55,858 bases of DNA from positions 1 through 55,858 of the forward strand of contig PKDT01000008.1 of assembly GCA_002863085.1 (NCBI GenBank). Direction: 5' to 3'. Under the pieces are notes generated by a model. The model saw only the letters and a list, made by a program, of their open reading frames with translations. It was not told the DNA's origin and made no database searches. Every line of letters starts with the position of its first letter. The stretch's first letter is position 1. The position numbers and the translations under genes were made by a program. The stretch comes from Flavobacteriales bacterium (GTDB lineage: Bacteria > Bacteroidota > Bacteroidia > Flavobacteriales > TMED113). Below, one piece after another: positions 12,160 to 22,991 of the stretch.

Positions 12160-12615
12160 ATGGATTTATCAAATTTAAAAGCTGCTGAAGGTTCAAAAAA
12201 GACTGCCAAAAGAATAGGACGGGGACAGGGATCAGGTAGAGGCGGCACCTCCACAAGAGGTCATAAAGGTCAAAAGTCAAGATCTGGTTACTCTAGAAAA
12301 AAAGGTTTCGAAGGTGGTCAAATGCCATTACAAAGACGGGTTCCGAAGTTTGGTTTTAGTAACCCCAATAGAAAGGTTTTTCAAGGTGTCAACCTAGGAA
12401 GGTTACAGTTATTAATTGATTCCAAACAAATAAAAGATGATTTAGATGTAAAAAAGATGATAGAATTAGGTTTAGTTAAGTCAAAAGAAAAAGTCAAAAT
12501 TTTAGCCAAAGGTGATTTTAAATCTAAGTTAAACATCAAGTGTCATAAATTCTCCTTGGCTGCAAAAAAAATAATTGAAGAAAACGGAGGAAGTATTGAG
12601 CTAATAGAAAAATAA
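12160..12615 (+). CDS. rplO: 50S ribosomal protein L15
   Basis: RIGRGQGSG, RGHKGQKSRSG, GFEGGQMPLQRRVPKFGF. Confidence 0.99.
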   Translation: MDLSNLKAAEGSKKTAKRIGRGQGSGRGGTSTRGHKGQKSRSGYSRKKGFEGGQMPLQRRVPKFGFSNPNRKVFQGVNLGRLQLLIDSKQIKDDLDVKKMIELGLVKSKEKVKILAKGDFKSKLNIKCHKFSLAAKKIIEENGGSIELIEK

Positions 12616-12617
12616 CC

Positions 12618-13940
12618 ATGAAGTCACTAATAAGCACCTTAAGAAATATTTGGAAAATAGAAGATTTGAGACAAAGAATTTTAACAACTCTTGGATTTGT
12701 TTTAATTTACAGACTTGGTTCATTTGTAACTCTTCCTGGTATAGATCCAAATCAACTTCAAATGCTCGAAAGTCAGACTTCTGATGGTCTTCTTGGACTT
12801 TTAAATCTGTTTACAGGTGGTGCCTTTTCACAAGCTTCAATTATGGCTCTTGGTATTATGCCATATATCTCAGCATCAATTGTAATTCAACTTTTAGGTG
12901 TTGCTGTTCCATATATTCAAAAGTTACAGCGTGAAGGTGAGAGTGGAAGAACAAAAATCAATCAACTTACAAGGTATTTGACAATTTTAATTACTGGTGT
13001 TCAAGGTCCTGGTTATATCGCAAACCTTCAAGCAACTCTCCCTGAAACAGCTTTTTTGCTGTCGCCAAGTACCTTTTGGACTTCCAGTATAGTAATTTTG
13101 GTTACTGGAACATTATTTGCTATGTGGCTTGGGGAAAAAATTACAGATAGAGGTATAGGAAATGGTATATCACTATTAATTATGATTGGAATTATTGCTG
13201 CTCTTCCGCAGTCATTCGCATTTGAGTTTGTTACAAAAATTAACAGTTCAGGTGGGGGGTTAGTAATGCTTGTAATTGAGTTAGTTCTTATACTTGCAGT
13301 CATTCTACTGTGTATTCTTCTCGTGCAGGGAACAAGAAGAGTTCCAATTGCCTATCCAAAACAAATGATGGGACAGAGATTTGCTGGTGCTCGACAATAT
13401 ATTCCTCTAAAAATCAATGCCGCAGGAGTAATGCCTATAATCTTTGCACAAGCTATAATGTTTATTCCAATAACTTTTGCTGGTTTTTCTTCATCAACCG
13501 CTGCCAGTGGGTTCGTTCAAGAATTTTCAGACTTTTCAGGATTTTGGTACAATTTTGTATTTGCCATCTTAGTTATTGTATTTACGTATTTTTATACTGC
13601 AATTACAGTAAATCCAGAACAGATGGCCGCAGATATGAAGAGGAGCGGAGCAACAATTTATAATCTCAAACCAGGAAAGGCAACAGCAAAATTTTTAAAT
13701 GAAACCATGACAAGGATTGTCCTACCCGGATCCTTTTTCTTAGCTTTTGTTGCAATCTTGCCTGCCTTTGCAATGAGAGCTGGAGTGAATCCGCAGTTTG
13801 CTCAGTTTTATGGTGGAACATCATTATTAATTATGGTTGGAGTAGTTTTAGATACAGTTCAACAAATTAATGCTCACTTATTAAACCGTCACTATGATGG
13901 TCTAATGAAAAGAGGAAGAAGAACACGATCAGGAATGTAG
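12618..13940 (+). CDS. secY: Preprotein translocase subunit SecY
   Basis: SIMALGIMPYISASI, GIGNGISL, AGVMPIIFA, GGTSLLI. Confidence 0.99.
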   Translation: MKSLISTLRNIWKIEDLRQRILTTLGFVLIYRLGSFVTLPGIDPNQLQMLESQTSDGLLGLLNLFTGGAFSQASIMALGIMPYISASIVIQLLGVAVPYIQKLQREGESGRTKINQLTRYLTILITGVQGPGYIANLQATLPETAFLLSPSTFWTSSIVILVTGTLFAMWLGEKITDRGIGNGISLLIMIGIIAALPQSFAFEFVTKINSSGGGLVMLVIELVLILAVILLCILLVQGTRRVPIAYPKQMMGQRFAGARQYIPLKINAAGVMPIIFAQAIMFIPITFAGFSSSTAASGFVQEFSDFSGFWYNFVFAILVIVFTYFYTAITVNPEQMAADMKRSGATIYNLKPGKATAKFLNETMTRIVLPGSFFLAFVAILPAFAMRAGVNPQFAQFYGGTSLLIMVGVVLDTVQQINAHLLNRHYDGLMKRGRRTRSGM

Positions 13941-13942
13941 AT

Positions 13943-14725
13943 ATGATTAAACTTAAAACATATAGTGAAATTGAATTAATTCGCGAGAGTTCAAATCTCG
14001 TCGTTCAGACGCATGCTATGCTAGCTAAGTTAATTAAGCCAGGTATTAATTCTTTGTACTTGGACAAAGTAGCCGAGGAATTCATTAGGGACAACGGAGG
14101 GAAACCTGGGTTTAAAGGATATAATAACTTTCCTTTCACCCTATGTGTGTCTCCTGATGACCAAGTCGTTCACGGACTGCCTTCCGATGAAGAAATTAAA
14201 AGTGGGACCATATTATCAATTGATTGTGGCGTTCTAATGAACGGTTTTTATGGTGATTGTGCCTATAGTTTTGCTGTTGGTGAATTGTCCGATGAAAAAA
14301 GAAAACTGTTAGATGTCACAAAAGAATCTTTGGAAAGAGGAGTCCAAGCTGCTAAATATGGTAACACGGTTGGTGATATTGGCTTCAATATTCAAAACTT
14401 TGCTGAATCAAATGGATTTTCGGTTGTAAAGGAATTAGTCGGGCATGGCATCGGAAAGCAATTACACGAAGCACCTGAAGTACCAAATTATGGCAATGAG
14501 GGAACAGGCAGTATTCTTGATGACGGTTTGGTTATAGCAATCGAACCCATGATTAACATGGGTTCCCCGGATATTGAACAAAAAAGTGATGGTTGGACAA
14601 TTGTCACAAAAGATAGAGCGCCTTCAGCTCACTTCGAATATACCGTTGCCGTAAAAAAGGGAAAAACTGAAGTGCTTTCTCCTTTTAGTATTATTGAAGA
14701 TAATTTAAAGCAAGATCATGGTTAA
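13943..14725 (+). CDS. map: Methionine aminopeptidase type I
   Basis: VVHGLP, SIDCG, GDCA, GHGIG..LHE, AIEPM, SAHFE. Confidence 0.98.
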   Translation: MIKLKTYSEIELIRESSNLVVQTHAMLAKLIKPGINSLYLDKVAEEFIRDNGGKPGFKGYNNFPFTLCVSPDDQVVHGLPSDEEIKSGTILSIDCGVLMNGFYGDCAYSFAVGELSDEKRKLLDVTKESLERGVQAAKYGNTVGDIGFNIQNFAESNGFSVVKELVGHGIGKQLHEAPEVPNYGNEGTGSILDDGLVIAIEPMINMGSPDIEQKSDGWTIVTKDRAPSAHFEYTVAVKKGKTEVLSPFSIIEDNLKQDHG

Positions 14726-14933
14726 ACAAATGTCAATAGAACAAGATGGAGTAATTAAGGAATCATTATCTAATGCTATGTTTCGTGTTGAATTAGAAAA
14801 TGGTCATATTATTACAGCTCATATTTCTGGTAAAATGAGAATGCATTATATAAACTTGTTGCCAGGAGATAAAGTTAAAATTGAAATGTCGCCTTATGAT
14901 TTATCAAAAGGGCGTATAACCTTCAGATATTAA
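14718..14933 (+). CDS. infA: Translation initiation factor IF-1
   Basis: [28 protein letters not shown]. Confidence 0.99.
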   Translation: MVKQMSIEQDGVIKESLSNAMFRVELENGHIITAHISGKMRMHYINLLPGDKVKIEMSPYDLSKGRITFRY

Positions 14934-14944
14934 ATGATTTAAAT

Positions 14945-15061
14945 ATGAAAACAAGAGCATCAATTAAAAAAAGAACAGCTGATTGTAAATTGGTCAGAAG
15001 AAAAGGTAAATTATATATAATTAATAAAAAAAACCCAAAGTTTAAACAAAGACAAGGTTAA
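14945..15061 (+). CDS. rpmJ: 50S ribosomal protein L36 (38 aa, zinc-independent type; not in the ORF track)
   Basis: Manual translation [38 protein letters not shown]. Confidence 0.98.
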   Translation: MKTRASIKKRTADCKLVRRKGKLYIINKKNPKFKQRQG

Positions 15062-15076
15062 AAAAAACTAAGAATT

Positions 15077-15454
15077 ATGGCTAGAATTGCAGGGGTAGAC
15101 ATACCCAAAGACAAAAGAGGTGAAATAAGTCTAACATACATATTTGGTATTGGACGAAAAAGATCTCAGGAAATTTTAAAAAAAGCCAAAGTTGACTTTA
15201 ATGTTAAAGTTAGCGACTGGAAAGACGATCAATTACAAAAAATTAGACAGATAATTTCTGATGAGTACACAATTGAAGGTGAATTGAGATCAGAAGTCCA
15301 ATTAAACATCAAAAGACTTTCTGACATTGGGTGTTTTAGAGGCATAAGGCACAGGCTTGGACTTCCGCTTAGAGGTCAAAAAACAAAAAATAATTCTCGT
15401 ACAAGAAAAGGGAAAAGAAAAACTGTTGCTAACAAAAAAATGGCTACAAAATAA
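15077..15454 (+). CDS. rpsM: 30S ribosomal protein S13
   Basis: [33 protein letters not shown]. Confidence 0.99.
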   Translation: MARIAGVDIPKDKRGEISLTYIFGIGRKRSQEILKKAKVDFNVKVSDWKDDQLQKIRQIISDEYTIEGELRSEVQLNIKRLSDIGCFRGIRHRLGLPLRGQKTKNNSRTRKGKRKTVANKKMATK

Positions 15455-15466
15455 AATTAATTTAAT

Positions 15467-15847
15467 ATGGCAAAAAATACAAATAAAAGAAAAGTTAAGG
15501 TTGATGCTAATGGAGATGTACATATTCACTCGAGTTTTAATAACATAATTATTTCAATTACAAACAAGAGTGGCCAGGTAATCAGCTGGTCATCTGCCGG
15601 TAAACAAGGTTTTCGAGGTTCTAAAAAGAATACTCCGTATGCTGCTCAAACTGCTGCTGAGGATTGTGGTAAAGTTGCATTTGACGCTGGTCTAAGAAAA
15701 GTCAATGTTTATGTAAAAGGTCCCGGAAACGGAAGAGAAGCTGCAATCAGAGCAATTTATAATGTTGGCATTACAGTTTCTGAAATTATTGATGTGACTC
15801 CACTACCTCACAATGGTTGTAGACCGCCCAAAAGAAGAAGAGTATAA
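15467..15847 (+). CDS. rpsK: 30S ribosomal protein S11
   Basis: [31 protein letters not shown]. Confidence 0.99.
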   Translation: MAKNTNKRKVKVDANGDVHIHSSFNNIIISITNKSGQVISWSSAGKQGFRGSKKNTPYAAQTAAEDCGKVAFDAGLRKVNVYVKGPGNGREAAIRAIYNVGITVSEIIDVTPLPHNGCRPPKRRRV

Positions 15848-15862
15848 ATTAAATTTAAAATT

Positions 15863-16468
15863 ATGGCAAGATATATAGGCCCCAAAACTAAAATAGCAAG
15901 AAAATTTTCAGATCCAATTTTTGGTCCTGACAAGTATTTTGAGAAAAGAAAGTTTCCTCCTGGACAACACGGACCAAATGCCCGAAGAGGTAAAAAGTCT
16001 GATTATGCATATCAGTTAGCTGAAAAACAAAAAGCAAAATATACATACGGTATCTTAGAAAAGCAGTTTTCCAATATTTTTAAAAAAGCAACTAAAAGTA
16101 AAAATATAACAGGTGTTGCCCTTTTGCAATTTTGTGAACTTAGACTAGATAATATAATATTTAGATTAGGTTTATCAAATACAAGGAGCGGTGCCAGACA
16201 ACTTGTGTCTCACAAACATGTCACAGTCAATGGAGAAGTAGTCAACATTCCCTCCTACACGATTAAAATGGGTGACGAAATATCAATAAGGCAAAAGTCT
16301 AAGTCACTAGAAGTGATATCATCATCATTAGCTAAAAACAATAGTGTTGTTGACTGGCTTGACTGGGATGTTAACACAATGACAGGAAAACTGCTCACTA
16401 TACCAGATAGGGAGCAAATTCCTGAAAACATAAAAGAACAACTAATAGTAGAATTATATTCTAAATAA
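15863..16468 (+). CDS. rpsD: 30S ribosomal protein S4
   Basis: MARYIGP, PPGQHG, EKQK, RLDN, ARQLVSH, IVELYSK. Confidence 0.99.
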   Translation: MARYIGPKTKIARKFSDPIFGPDKYFEKRKFPPGQHGPNARRGKKSDYAYQLAEKQKAKYTYGILEKQFSNIFKKATKSKNITGVALLQFCELRLDNIIFRLGLSNTRSGARQLVSHKHVTVNGEVVNIPSYTIKMGDEISIRQKSKSLEVISSSLAKNNSVVDWLDWDVNTMTGKLLTIPDREQIPENIKEQLIVELYSK

Positions 16469-16487
16469 TAAATTAAATTATAAAACT

Positions 16488-17480
16488 ATGGCAATTTTAA
16501 ATTTCATAAAACCAGATAAAGTATTCATGATTGAATCTACCGAAACTAGTGGTCAATTTGAGTTCAGACCTCTTGAGCCTGGATATGGTCTCACAGTTGG
16601 AAACGCTCTAAGACGGGTTTTACTATCTTCTCTCGAGGGATTCGCAATTTCATCTGTCAAAATTGACGGGGTTGACCATGAGTTTTCAGCTATTGAAGGA
16701 GTCAAAGAAGATGTTGTTGAGATTATATTGAACTTAAAGCAAATAAGGTTTAAAAAGCAGATTGATGATGCTGAAAATGAAGAAGCAAGTATTTCAATTA
16801 CTAACCAAACAGTCATCAAAGCTGGCGATTTAGGAAAATTCATTTCTAATTTTCAAATCCTCAATCCGGATTTAGTTATTTGCAACTTAACAAAGTCAAC
16901 TAAGATAAATTTAAATTTATCCATCAAGAAGGGTCGTGGCTTCGTTATTTCCAATGAAAATAAATTTGAAGATGCACCTATTGGAACAATTTTTACGGAT
17001 TCTGTATTTACACCTATTAAAAATGTAAAATATTTCGTGGAAGACTTCAGAGTTGAACAAAAAACAGACTATGAAAAACTTGTACTTGACATTGAAACCG
17101 ATGGCTCCATACATCCAAAGGATGCTTTGACAGAAGCGGCTAAAATTTTAATTCATCACTTCATGTTATTTTCAAATGAAAGAATATCTATCAAGGATGA
17201 CTACGCATCTTCGATTGATGAGTATGATGAACAATCACTACATATGCGTCAGCTCTTAAAAATGAAACTAGTCGACCTTGATTTATCTGTAAGGGCATTA
17301 AACTGTTTAAAAGCGGCCGAAGTTGATACTTTAGGCGACTTAGTCACTTACAATAGATCCGACCTTATGAAGTTTAGAAATTTCGGTAAAAAGTCTTTGA
17401 CTGAACTTGATGAGTTAGTCGAGGCTAAGGGTGTTCAGTTTGGTATGGACTTAAGCAAATATAAACTTGATAAAGAATAG
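16488..17480 (+). CDS. rpoA: RNA polymerase subunit alpha
   Basis: [38 protein letters not shown]. Confidence 0.99.
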   Translation: MAILNFIKPDKVFMIESTETSGQFEFRPLEPGYGLTVGNALRRVLLSSLEGFAISSVKIDGVDHEFSAIEGVKEDVVEIILNLKQIRFKKQIDDAENEEASISITNQTVIKAGDLGKFISNFQILNPDLVICNLTKSTKINLNLSIKKGRGFVISNENKFEDAPIGTIFTDSVFTPIKNVKYFVEDFRVEQKTDYEKLVLDIETDGSIHPKDALTEAAKILIHHFMLFSNERISIKDDYASSIDEYDEQSLHMRQLLKMKLVDLDLSVRALNCLKAAEVDTLGDLVTYNRSDLMKFRNFGKKSLTELDELVEAKGVQFGMDLSKYKLDKE

Positions 17481-17484
17481 TTAA

Positions 17485-18228
17485 ATGAGACACAGAAAAG
17501 CCAATAACAATTTGAGGAGAAAAACAGGCCACAGAAAATCTATGCTTGCGAATATGTCTTGTTCTCTGATAATGCATAAAAGAATTAAAACAACATTAGC
17601 TAAGGCAAAAGTTTTAAAAAGGTTTGTTGAGCCAATCATTACAAAATCAAAAAATGATTCAACTCACAATAGGAGAATTTCTTTCAGATACCTAAGACAA
17701 AAAGATGCAGTTACGGAATTATTTTCTACTGTTTCAAACAAGGTTGCTGACCGACCAGGTGGATACACACGAATAATTAAACTTGGTAACAGATTAGGCG
17801 ACGCTGCAGAAATGTGCTTTATCGAACTTGTTGATTTTAATGATACTTACAATGTTAAAACAGTCAAAAAGAAACGAACAAGAAGGTCTAAAAAAAATGA
17901 ACCTGATGTGAATAGTGATAATGAAGTTCAAGATGTAAAAGCTGATGAAACAAAAGTCGATGAGTCAAAAACAGAACTGACAGAAGCAGAAGAATCTAAA
18001 GTTGAAGAGACAAAAGCAGAAGAGACAAAAGCAGAAGAGCCAAAAGCAGAAGAGCCAAAAGTTGAAGAGACTAAAGTAGAAGAGCCAAAAGTAGAAGAGC
18101 CAAAAGTTGAAGAGACTAAAGTTGAAGAGACTAAAGTAGAACCAAAAGTTGAAGAGACTAAAGTAGAAGAAGATAAAGCTGAGCCAACTAAAAATAATAC
18201 TGATACCAAAGGTTCATCAGAAAAATAA
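17485..18228 (+). CDS. rplQ: 50S ribosomal protein L17 with a long acidic repetitive C-terminal tail
   Basis: [30 protein letters not shown], followed by about 110 aa of E/K/T/V/P-rich tail. Confidence 0.98.
   Translation: MRHRKANNNLRRKTGHRKSMLANMSCSLIMHKRIKTTLAKAKVLKRFVEPIITKSKNDSTHNRRISFRYLRQKDAVTELFSTVSNKVADRPGGYTRIIKLGNRLGDAAEMCFIELVDFNDTYNVKTVKKKRTRRSKKNEPDVNSDNEVQDVKADETKVDESKTELTEAEESKVEETKAEETKAEEPKAEEPKVEETKVEEPKVEEPKVEETKVEETKVEPKVEETKVEEDKAEPTKNNTDTKGSSEK
17986..18177 (+). repeat. Coding 15-bp tandem repeat ((V/A)EE(T/P)K), about 13 units
   Basis: Units such as GTTGAAGAGACTAAA, GTAGAAGAGCCAAAA and GCAGAAGAGACAAAA; one unit lacks a codon. Confidence 0.95.
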
Positions 18229-18315
18229 ATCTCAAATGATTGTTCAAAATAATTATCATAAAGTAATACTAAATAAATCAATATTTAGTTGTTTTAGTTC
18301 CAAATAGAATAACTT

Positions 18316-19413
18316 GTGGAGGGAGAAGCATTACTTATTTTGGAAGATGGAACAACATTAACAGGTAAAGCAGCTGGTTTCTTAGGCACATCCTATGGTG
18401 AGATTTGTTTTAACACTGGAATGACTGGTTACCAAGAAATTTTCACAGATCCTTCATATTATGGTCAGATAATGGTTACTACAAATGCTCATATTGGTAA
18501 TTATGGATGTAAAGATACTGAACAAGAATCTGACGGTATTAAAATTTCGGGTCTAGTATGTAAAGATTTTAATTCGCACAACTCTAGATACGGTTCAGAC
18601 TTAAGCCTACAAGATTATTTTTTTAAAGAAAAAATTGTTTGTATTTATGATGTCGACACTAGGGCTCTAGTTCGTCATATTAGAGACAAAGGTGCAATGA
18701 ATGCAGTTATTTCAACAGAAGAAAAATCAGTTAAACAACTGAAGGAAATGCTTTCTGAAGTCCCTACTATGGAGGGGCTTGAACTATCTTCTTATGTTTC
18801 AACAAAACAGGCCTATACGTTCGGTGATTTTAATTCACCTATACACATTGCTGTAATTGATTATGGCATTAAGAAAAATATTTTGAAAAGTTTTCAAGAA
18901 AGAGGCGTATATTTAAAAGTGTTCCCTATGAGTTCATCTTTGAATGAAATTTTAAGCTTTAATCCTGGCGGTATCTTTCTTTCCAATGGTCCTGGAGATC
19001 CCTCAACAATGCACGATTCAATAGCTTTAGTTAAAAAAATTATTGAAAAAAATATTCCTTTATTTGGTATCTGTCTCGGCCATCAGTTGATTGCTCAGGC
19101 AGGTGGTCTGAAAACTTTCAAAATGCATGCTGGTCACAGAGGAATCAATCACCCCATTATTAATTTATCCACAAATAAATGTGAAGTTACTTCCCAGAAT
19201 CACGGTTTTTCAATTGATGAAGCTAGTCTAAAAAATAATGAAAATATAATAGTTACACACCGAAACTTAAATGATGACTCAATCGAGGGTATCAAATTTT
19301 TAAATAAACCAGTCTTTTCTGTCCAATATCATCCTGAATCATCACCAGGTCCTCACGACTCTAGGTACTTATTTGACGATTTTCTTACTAATATAAAAGA
19401 ACAAATCAAATAA
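18316..19413 (+). CDS. carA: Carbamoyl-phosphate synthase small subunit
   Basis: FNTGMTGYQE, TDPSY.GQI, LSNGPGDP, GICLGHQ, SQNHGF, QYHPESSPGPHD. Confidence 0.99.
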   Translation: MEGEALLILEDGTTLTGKAAGFLGTSYGEICFNTGMTGYQEIFTDPSYYGQIMVTTNAHIGNYGCKDTEQESDGIKISGLVCKDFNSHNSRYGSDLSLQDYFFKEKIVCIYDVDTRALVRHIRDKGAMNAVISTEEKSVKQLKEMLSEVPTMEGLELSSYVSTKQAYTFGDFNSPIHIAVIDYGIKKNILKSFQERGVYLKVFPMSSSLNEILSFNPGGIFLSNGPGDPSTMHDSIALVKKIIEKNIPLFGICLGHQLIAQAGGLKTFKMHAGHRGINHPIINLSTNKCEVTSQNHGFSIDEASLKNNENIIVTHRNLNDDSIEGIKFLNKPVFSVQYHPESSPGPHDSRYLFDDFLTNIKEQIK

Positions 19414-19416
19414 TTT

Positions 19417-20697
19417 ATGGCAAAAATCAAAGATATTATTGCTAGACAAATAATTGATTCAAGAGGAAATCCTACAGTCGAAGTAGATATTCATACAGAT
19501 TCTGGTTCCTTTGGAAGGGCCTCTGTCCCGTCTGGAGCATCAACTGGCAAATATGAAGCTGTTGAGTTAAGAGATGGTTTTCCTACCTATTGTGGAAAAA
19601 GTGTATCTAAGGCTATCAAAAATATCGTGAATCTTATTAAACCAGTTCTGATGGGCACTGATGTTGAAAACCAGATTGAAGTTGACAGAATCATGATATC
19701 TACTGATGGAACTCACAATAAGTCAAAAATAGGTGCTAATGCAATTTTAGCAGTTTCCCTAGCCACTGCAAAAGCAGCAGCAGATTACAGAAATATTAAT
19801 TTATTTGAGTACTTATCAGATGGTAATTTCATGATTCCTGTACCAATGATGAATATCCTAAATGGTGGTGCTCATGCTGATAATTTAATTGATATTCAAG
19901 AGTTTATGATTGTTCCAAACTCGGCAAAGTCGTTTTCTCATGCATTGAGGATTGGTGTTGAAATATTTCACTCTTTGAAAGAAATATTGAAAATCAAGAA
20001 TTTATCAACTAATGTGGGAGACGAGGGAGGATTTGCACCTAACCTTAGTTCTAATGAAGAAGCGATTGAAATAGTCATAAAGTCAATTAAAAATGCTGGA
20101 TATAAACCAGGTTCAGACGTTTCATTGGCATTAGATGCTGCATCTTCTGAATTTTATAACAAAGATAGAAAAGTATATATTTTAAATGATGGGCTTGGTA
20201 ATATTAAAGAGCTTGATTCATCTCAAATGGTTGATTATTGGGATAAAATTGTAAAAAAATATCCAATTTCTTCTATAGAAGATGCTTTAGATGAAGATGA
20301 TTGGGAAGGTTGGATTAATATCACAAATTCACTAGGTCGTGACATTCAACTCGTTGGAGATGATTTGTTTGTAACTAATTCAGACAGATTAAAAAGAGGA
20401 ATTTCCCTCAACGCAGCAAATTCAATATTAATTAAACCAAATCAAGTTGGAACATTAACAGAGACGTTAAACACTGTTAAACTTGCAAAAGAACACAATT
20501 ATGGTACCATTATAAGTCATAGGTCTGGTGAAACTGAGGATGTAACAATTTCTGATTTATCTGTTGCTTGTTGTTCTGGACAAATTAAAACAGGTTCGTT
20601 ATCTAGAACTGACAGAGTCTCGAAATATAACCAGCTTTTAAGAATTGAAGAGAAATTAGGAGATAAAGCCGTTTACAGTAATTATTTTAAAAAATAA
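19417..20697 (+). CDS. eno: Enolase
   Basis: [39 protein letters not shown]. Confidence 0.99.
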   Translation: MAKIKDIIARQIIDSRGNPTVEVDIHTDSGSFGRASVPSGASTGKYEAVELRDGFPTYCGKSVSKAIKNIVNLIKPVLMGTDVENQIEVDRIMISTDGTHNKSKIGANAILAVSLATAKAAADYRNINLFEYLSDGNFMIPVPMMNILNGGAHADNLIDIQEFMIVPNSAKSFSHALRIGVEIFHSLKEILKIKNLSTNVGDEGGFAPNLSSNEEAIEIVIKSIKNAGYKPGSDVSLALDAASSEFYNKDRKVYILNDGLGNIKELDSSQMVDYWDKIVKKYPISSIEDALDEDDWEGWINITNSLGRDIQLVGDDLFVTNSDRLKRGISLNAANSILIKPNQVGTLTETLNTVKLAKEHNYGTIISHRSGETEDVTISDLSVACCSGQIKTGSLSRTDRVSKYNQLLRIEEKLGDKAVYSNYFKK

Positions 20698-20702
20698 CAT
20701 AT

Positions 20703-22007
20703 ATGAGTAGTTTAAAAAAGAAATTTGAGGAACAATTAAGTCAGTCAAGAATAAAAGTAAAAAATTTTGTATCGGACTATGGTGATAAAGTAATTGGAGA
20801 AATTAACTTAAGACAACTATACTCTGGTATGAGAGGTATGCTTAGTATGATAACCGAAACATCAAAGCTTGATCCAAATGAAGGAATTAGATTTAGAGGA
20901 TATACACTGCCTGAAATCCAAGATGTTTTACCAAGGGCTGAAGGCTCAAATCAACCATTGCCTGAAGGAATATTTTATCTGATGCTAATTGGAAGTTTGC
21001 CAGATGAAAAAGACGTTAAACAAATTAGTTTAGAGCTTGAAAAAAGATCAAATGTACCTAACCATGTTTTCGATGTAATTAATAATCTTCCAAAAGATAT
21101 GCATCCAATGACTCAGTTTTCAATTGCTATTTTGAGTCTCCAAAATGGAAGTAATTTCTCAGTTTCTTACAAGAGCGGCTTAAATAAATTAGATTATTGG
21201 GACGCTACTTTTGAAGATGCACTTGATCTCATTGCGAGAATTCCACGTGTTGCGGCTTATATTTATAGAAGAATCTATCATAACGAAAAATATATTGAAC
21301 CCATTAAAGGTGTTGATTGGTCTAAAAACTTTGCCCATATGTTAGGTTTTTCGGATTCAGAGTTTATAGATCTTATTAGGTTGTATATGACAATTCACTC
21401 TGATCATGAGGGAGGAAATGTATCTGCTCATGCATCTCACTTGGTCGGCTCTGCATTAAGCGATGCATATATTTCATTTTCTGCAGGTATGAATGGACTA
21501 GCCGGACCATTGCATGGGTTAGCCAATCAAGAGGTTGTTAGGTGGTTGTTAGAAATGCAAGAATCACTCGGTGGAGGCCTGCCAAGCAGAGACAATATTT
21601 CAGAATATGTTCAAAAATCACTATCCGAGGGTAAAGTGATTCCTGGTTTTGGTCATGCTGTTTTAAGAAAAACAGACCCCAGATATACTGCACAACGTGA
21701 GTTTGCATTGAAATATCTTCCAGACGATGAACTTTTTCTTCTTGTGAGTAGGGTATATGAAGTCGTTCCATCAATTCTTGAGTCAACAGGAAAGGTGAAA
21801 AATCCTTGGCCAAATGTTGATGCTCACTCAGGTGTACTATTGTTAAAGTATGGAATGACTGAATATGATTTCTTTACCGTTTTATTTGGTGTTTCTCGGT
21901 CCTTAGGAATAATGGCTCAACTTATTTGGAGTCGTGCTTTAGGAATGCCAATTGAAAGACCAGGATCCACAACAACTGATCTTATGATAAAAAAGTTTTC
22001 TAACTAG
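20703..22007 (+). CDS. gltA: Citrate (Si)-synthase, eukaryotic/mitochondrial type
   Basis: GMRG, TIHSDHEGGNVSAH, NGLAGPLHGLANQEV, PGFGHAVLRKTDPR, KNPWPNVDAHSG. Confidence 0.97.
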   Translation: MSSLKKKFEEQLSQSRIKVKNFVSDYGDKVIGEINLRQLYSGMRGMLSMITETSKLDPNEGIRFRGYTLPEIQDVLPRAEGSNQPLPEGIFYLMLIGSLPDEKDVKQISLELEKRSNVPNHVFDVINNLPKDMHPMTQFSIAILSLQNGSNFSVSYKSGLNKLDYWDATFEDALDLIARIPRVAAYIYRRIYHNEKYIEPIKGVDWSKNFAHMLGFSDSEFIDLIRLYMTIHSDHEGGNVSAHASHLVGSALSDAYISFSAGMNGLAGPLHGLANQEVVRWLLEMQESLGGGLPSRDNISEYVQKSLSEGKVIPGFGHAVLRKTDPRYTAQREFALKYLPDDELFLLVSRVYEVVPSILESTGKVKNPWPNVDAHSGVLLLKYGMTEYDFFTVLFGVSRSLGIMAQLIWSRALGMPIERPGSTTTDLMIKKFSN

Positions 22008-22740
22008 TTGAAAACTGCCTTTTCTGTTCATACAATGCAATTCCAGCTGCTACAGAAGCGTTGAGTGATGATGTTTTTCCTGATATTGGTATTTTAATAA
22101 TTTCATCACAAATTAAAAGTAAATTATCTGAAATTCCGTTTTTCTCGGAGCCGATTATTATTATACTTGGTTTGTTTAAACTTGCTTCATAAATATTTTT
22201 ATTACTTTTTTCAGAGCAACCTACTATACATAATCCACAGTTTTTCGCATATTTTAATAGTCCTCTAAAGTTGTCGGTTCTAAATATATTTATATTGTTT
22301 AGTGCACCTGCGGAAGCTTTCATAGCTATTTCGTTAATTAAAGCAGACTCTCTATTAGGAATAATTACTCCAGTAATCCCGTTAGCTTCGACACTTCGAC
22401 ATATTGAACCAAAGTTCCTTACGTCAGTTATTCTATCAAGTAAGATAAAAATTGGATCATTTCCTTTTTCAAACTCGCAAGAGAGAACATTTTCAAAGTT
22501 TTGGTAACTTATAATCGAACCTATAGCAATTACACCCTGGTGATTTTTTTTTGTTAGTTTATTAAGTTTGAATTTTGGGACAAATTTTAGTGGAATAGAG
22601 TTTTCTTTTGAAACTTTTTTAATTTCACTGGCCCATTCAGACTTTAAATCTTTTTGTAAAAAAATTGTTTCAACCTCTTTATCAGATCTTAATAGTTCAA
22701 GTACAGGCCTAATTCCATATATTATCATTTGTTTGTTCAT
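22000..22740 (-). CDS. rlmB: 23S rRNA (G2251-2'-O)-methyltransferase, SpoU family
   Basis: NHQGVIA, LDRITDVRNFGSICRS, IGSE..G, SLNASVAAG. Confidence 0.93.
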   Translation of the reverse strand: MNKQMIIYGIRPVLELLRSDKEVETIFLQKDLKSEWASEIKKVSKENSIPLKFVPKFKLNKLTKKNHQGVIAIGSIISYQNFENVLSCEFEKGNDPIFILLDRITDVRNFGSICRSVEANGITGVIIPNRESALINEIAMKASAGALNNINIFRTDNFRGLLKYAKNCGLCIVGCSEKSNKNIYEASLNKPSIIIIGSEKNGISDNLLLICDEIIKIPISGKTSSLNASVAAGIALYEQKRQFSTS

Positions 22741-22819
22741 AATTATTAGGATGATATTTATATATAAACATATATCTTTTAATTAAAATTATTACATTTA
22801 TATAATAAAGATCTTAACC

Positions 22820-22969
22820 ATGATTAAAAAAATTTTAATATTATCACTAATTTCATTTCTTTTTATTTTTCAGTCTTGCTATACAATTGGTTATCCAACT
22901 CCTTGTCCAGGATTAGTTGATAGCCCTGACATTTCTAGTAATGAAATTAGTGTAAGTTTAAATGATTAA
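22820..22969 (+). CDS. Small putative lipoprotein (49 aa, not in the ORF track)
   Basis: MIKKILILSLISFLFIFQS-CYTIGYPTPCPGLVDSPDISSNEISVSLND: basic N-terminus, hydrophobic core, lipobox-like FQS-C; fills the rlmB-lipA gap. Confidence 0.65.
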   Translation: MIKKILILSLISFLFIFQSCYTIGYPTPCPGLVDSPDISSNEISVSLND

Positions 22970-22991
22970 TACATTTAGTTTATTTTAATTC

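Noticed and set aside
9832-15061. Zinc-free S14 and L36 as a zinc-starvation adaptation
   Set aside because: These forms are the normal operon-encoded versions in Bacteroidota.
17986-18177. Tandem repeats as a CRISPR array
   Set aside because: Contiguous in-frame 15-bp units without unique spacers, inside rplQ, with no cas genes. The same applies to 55710-55858.
20703-22007. Eukaryote-type citrate synthase as a recent transfer from a eukaryote
   Set aside because: This type is established in Bacteroidota and sits in its usual position after eno.
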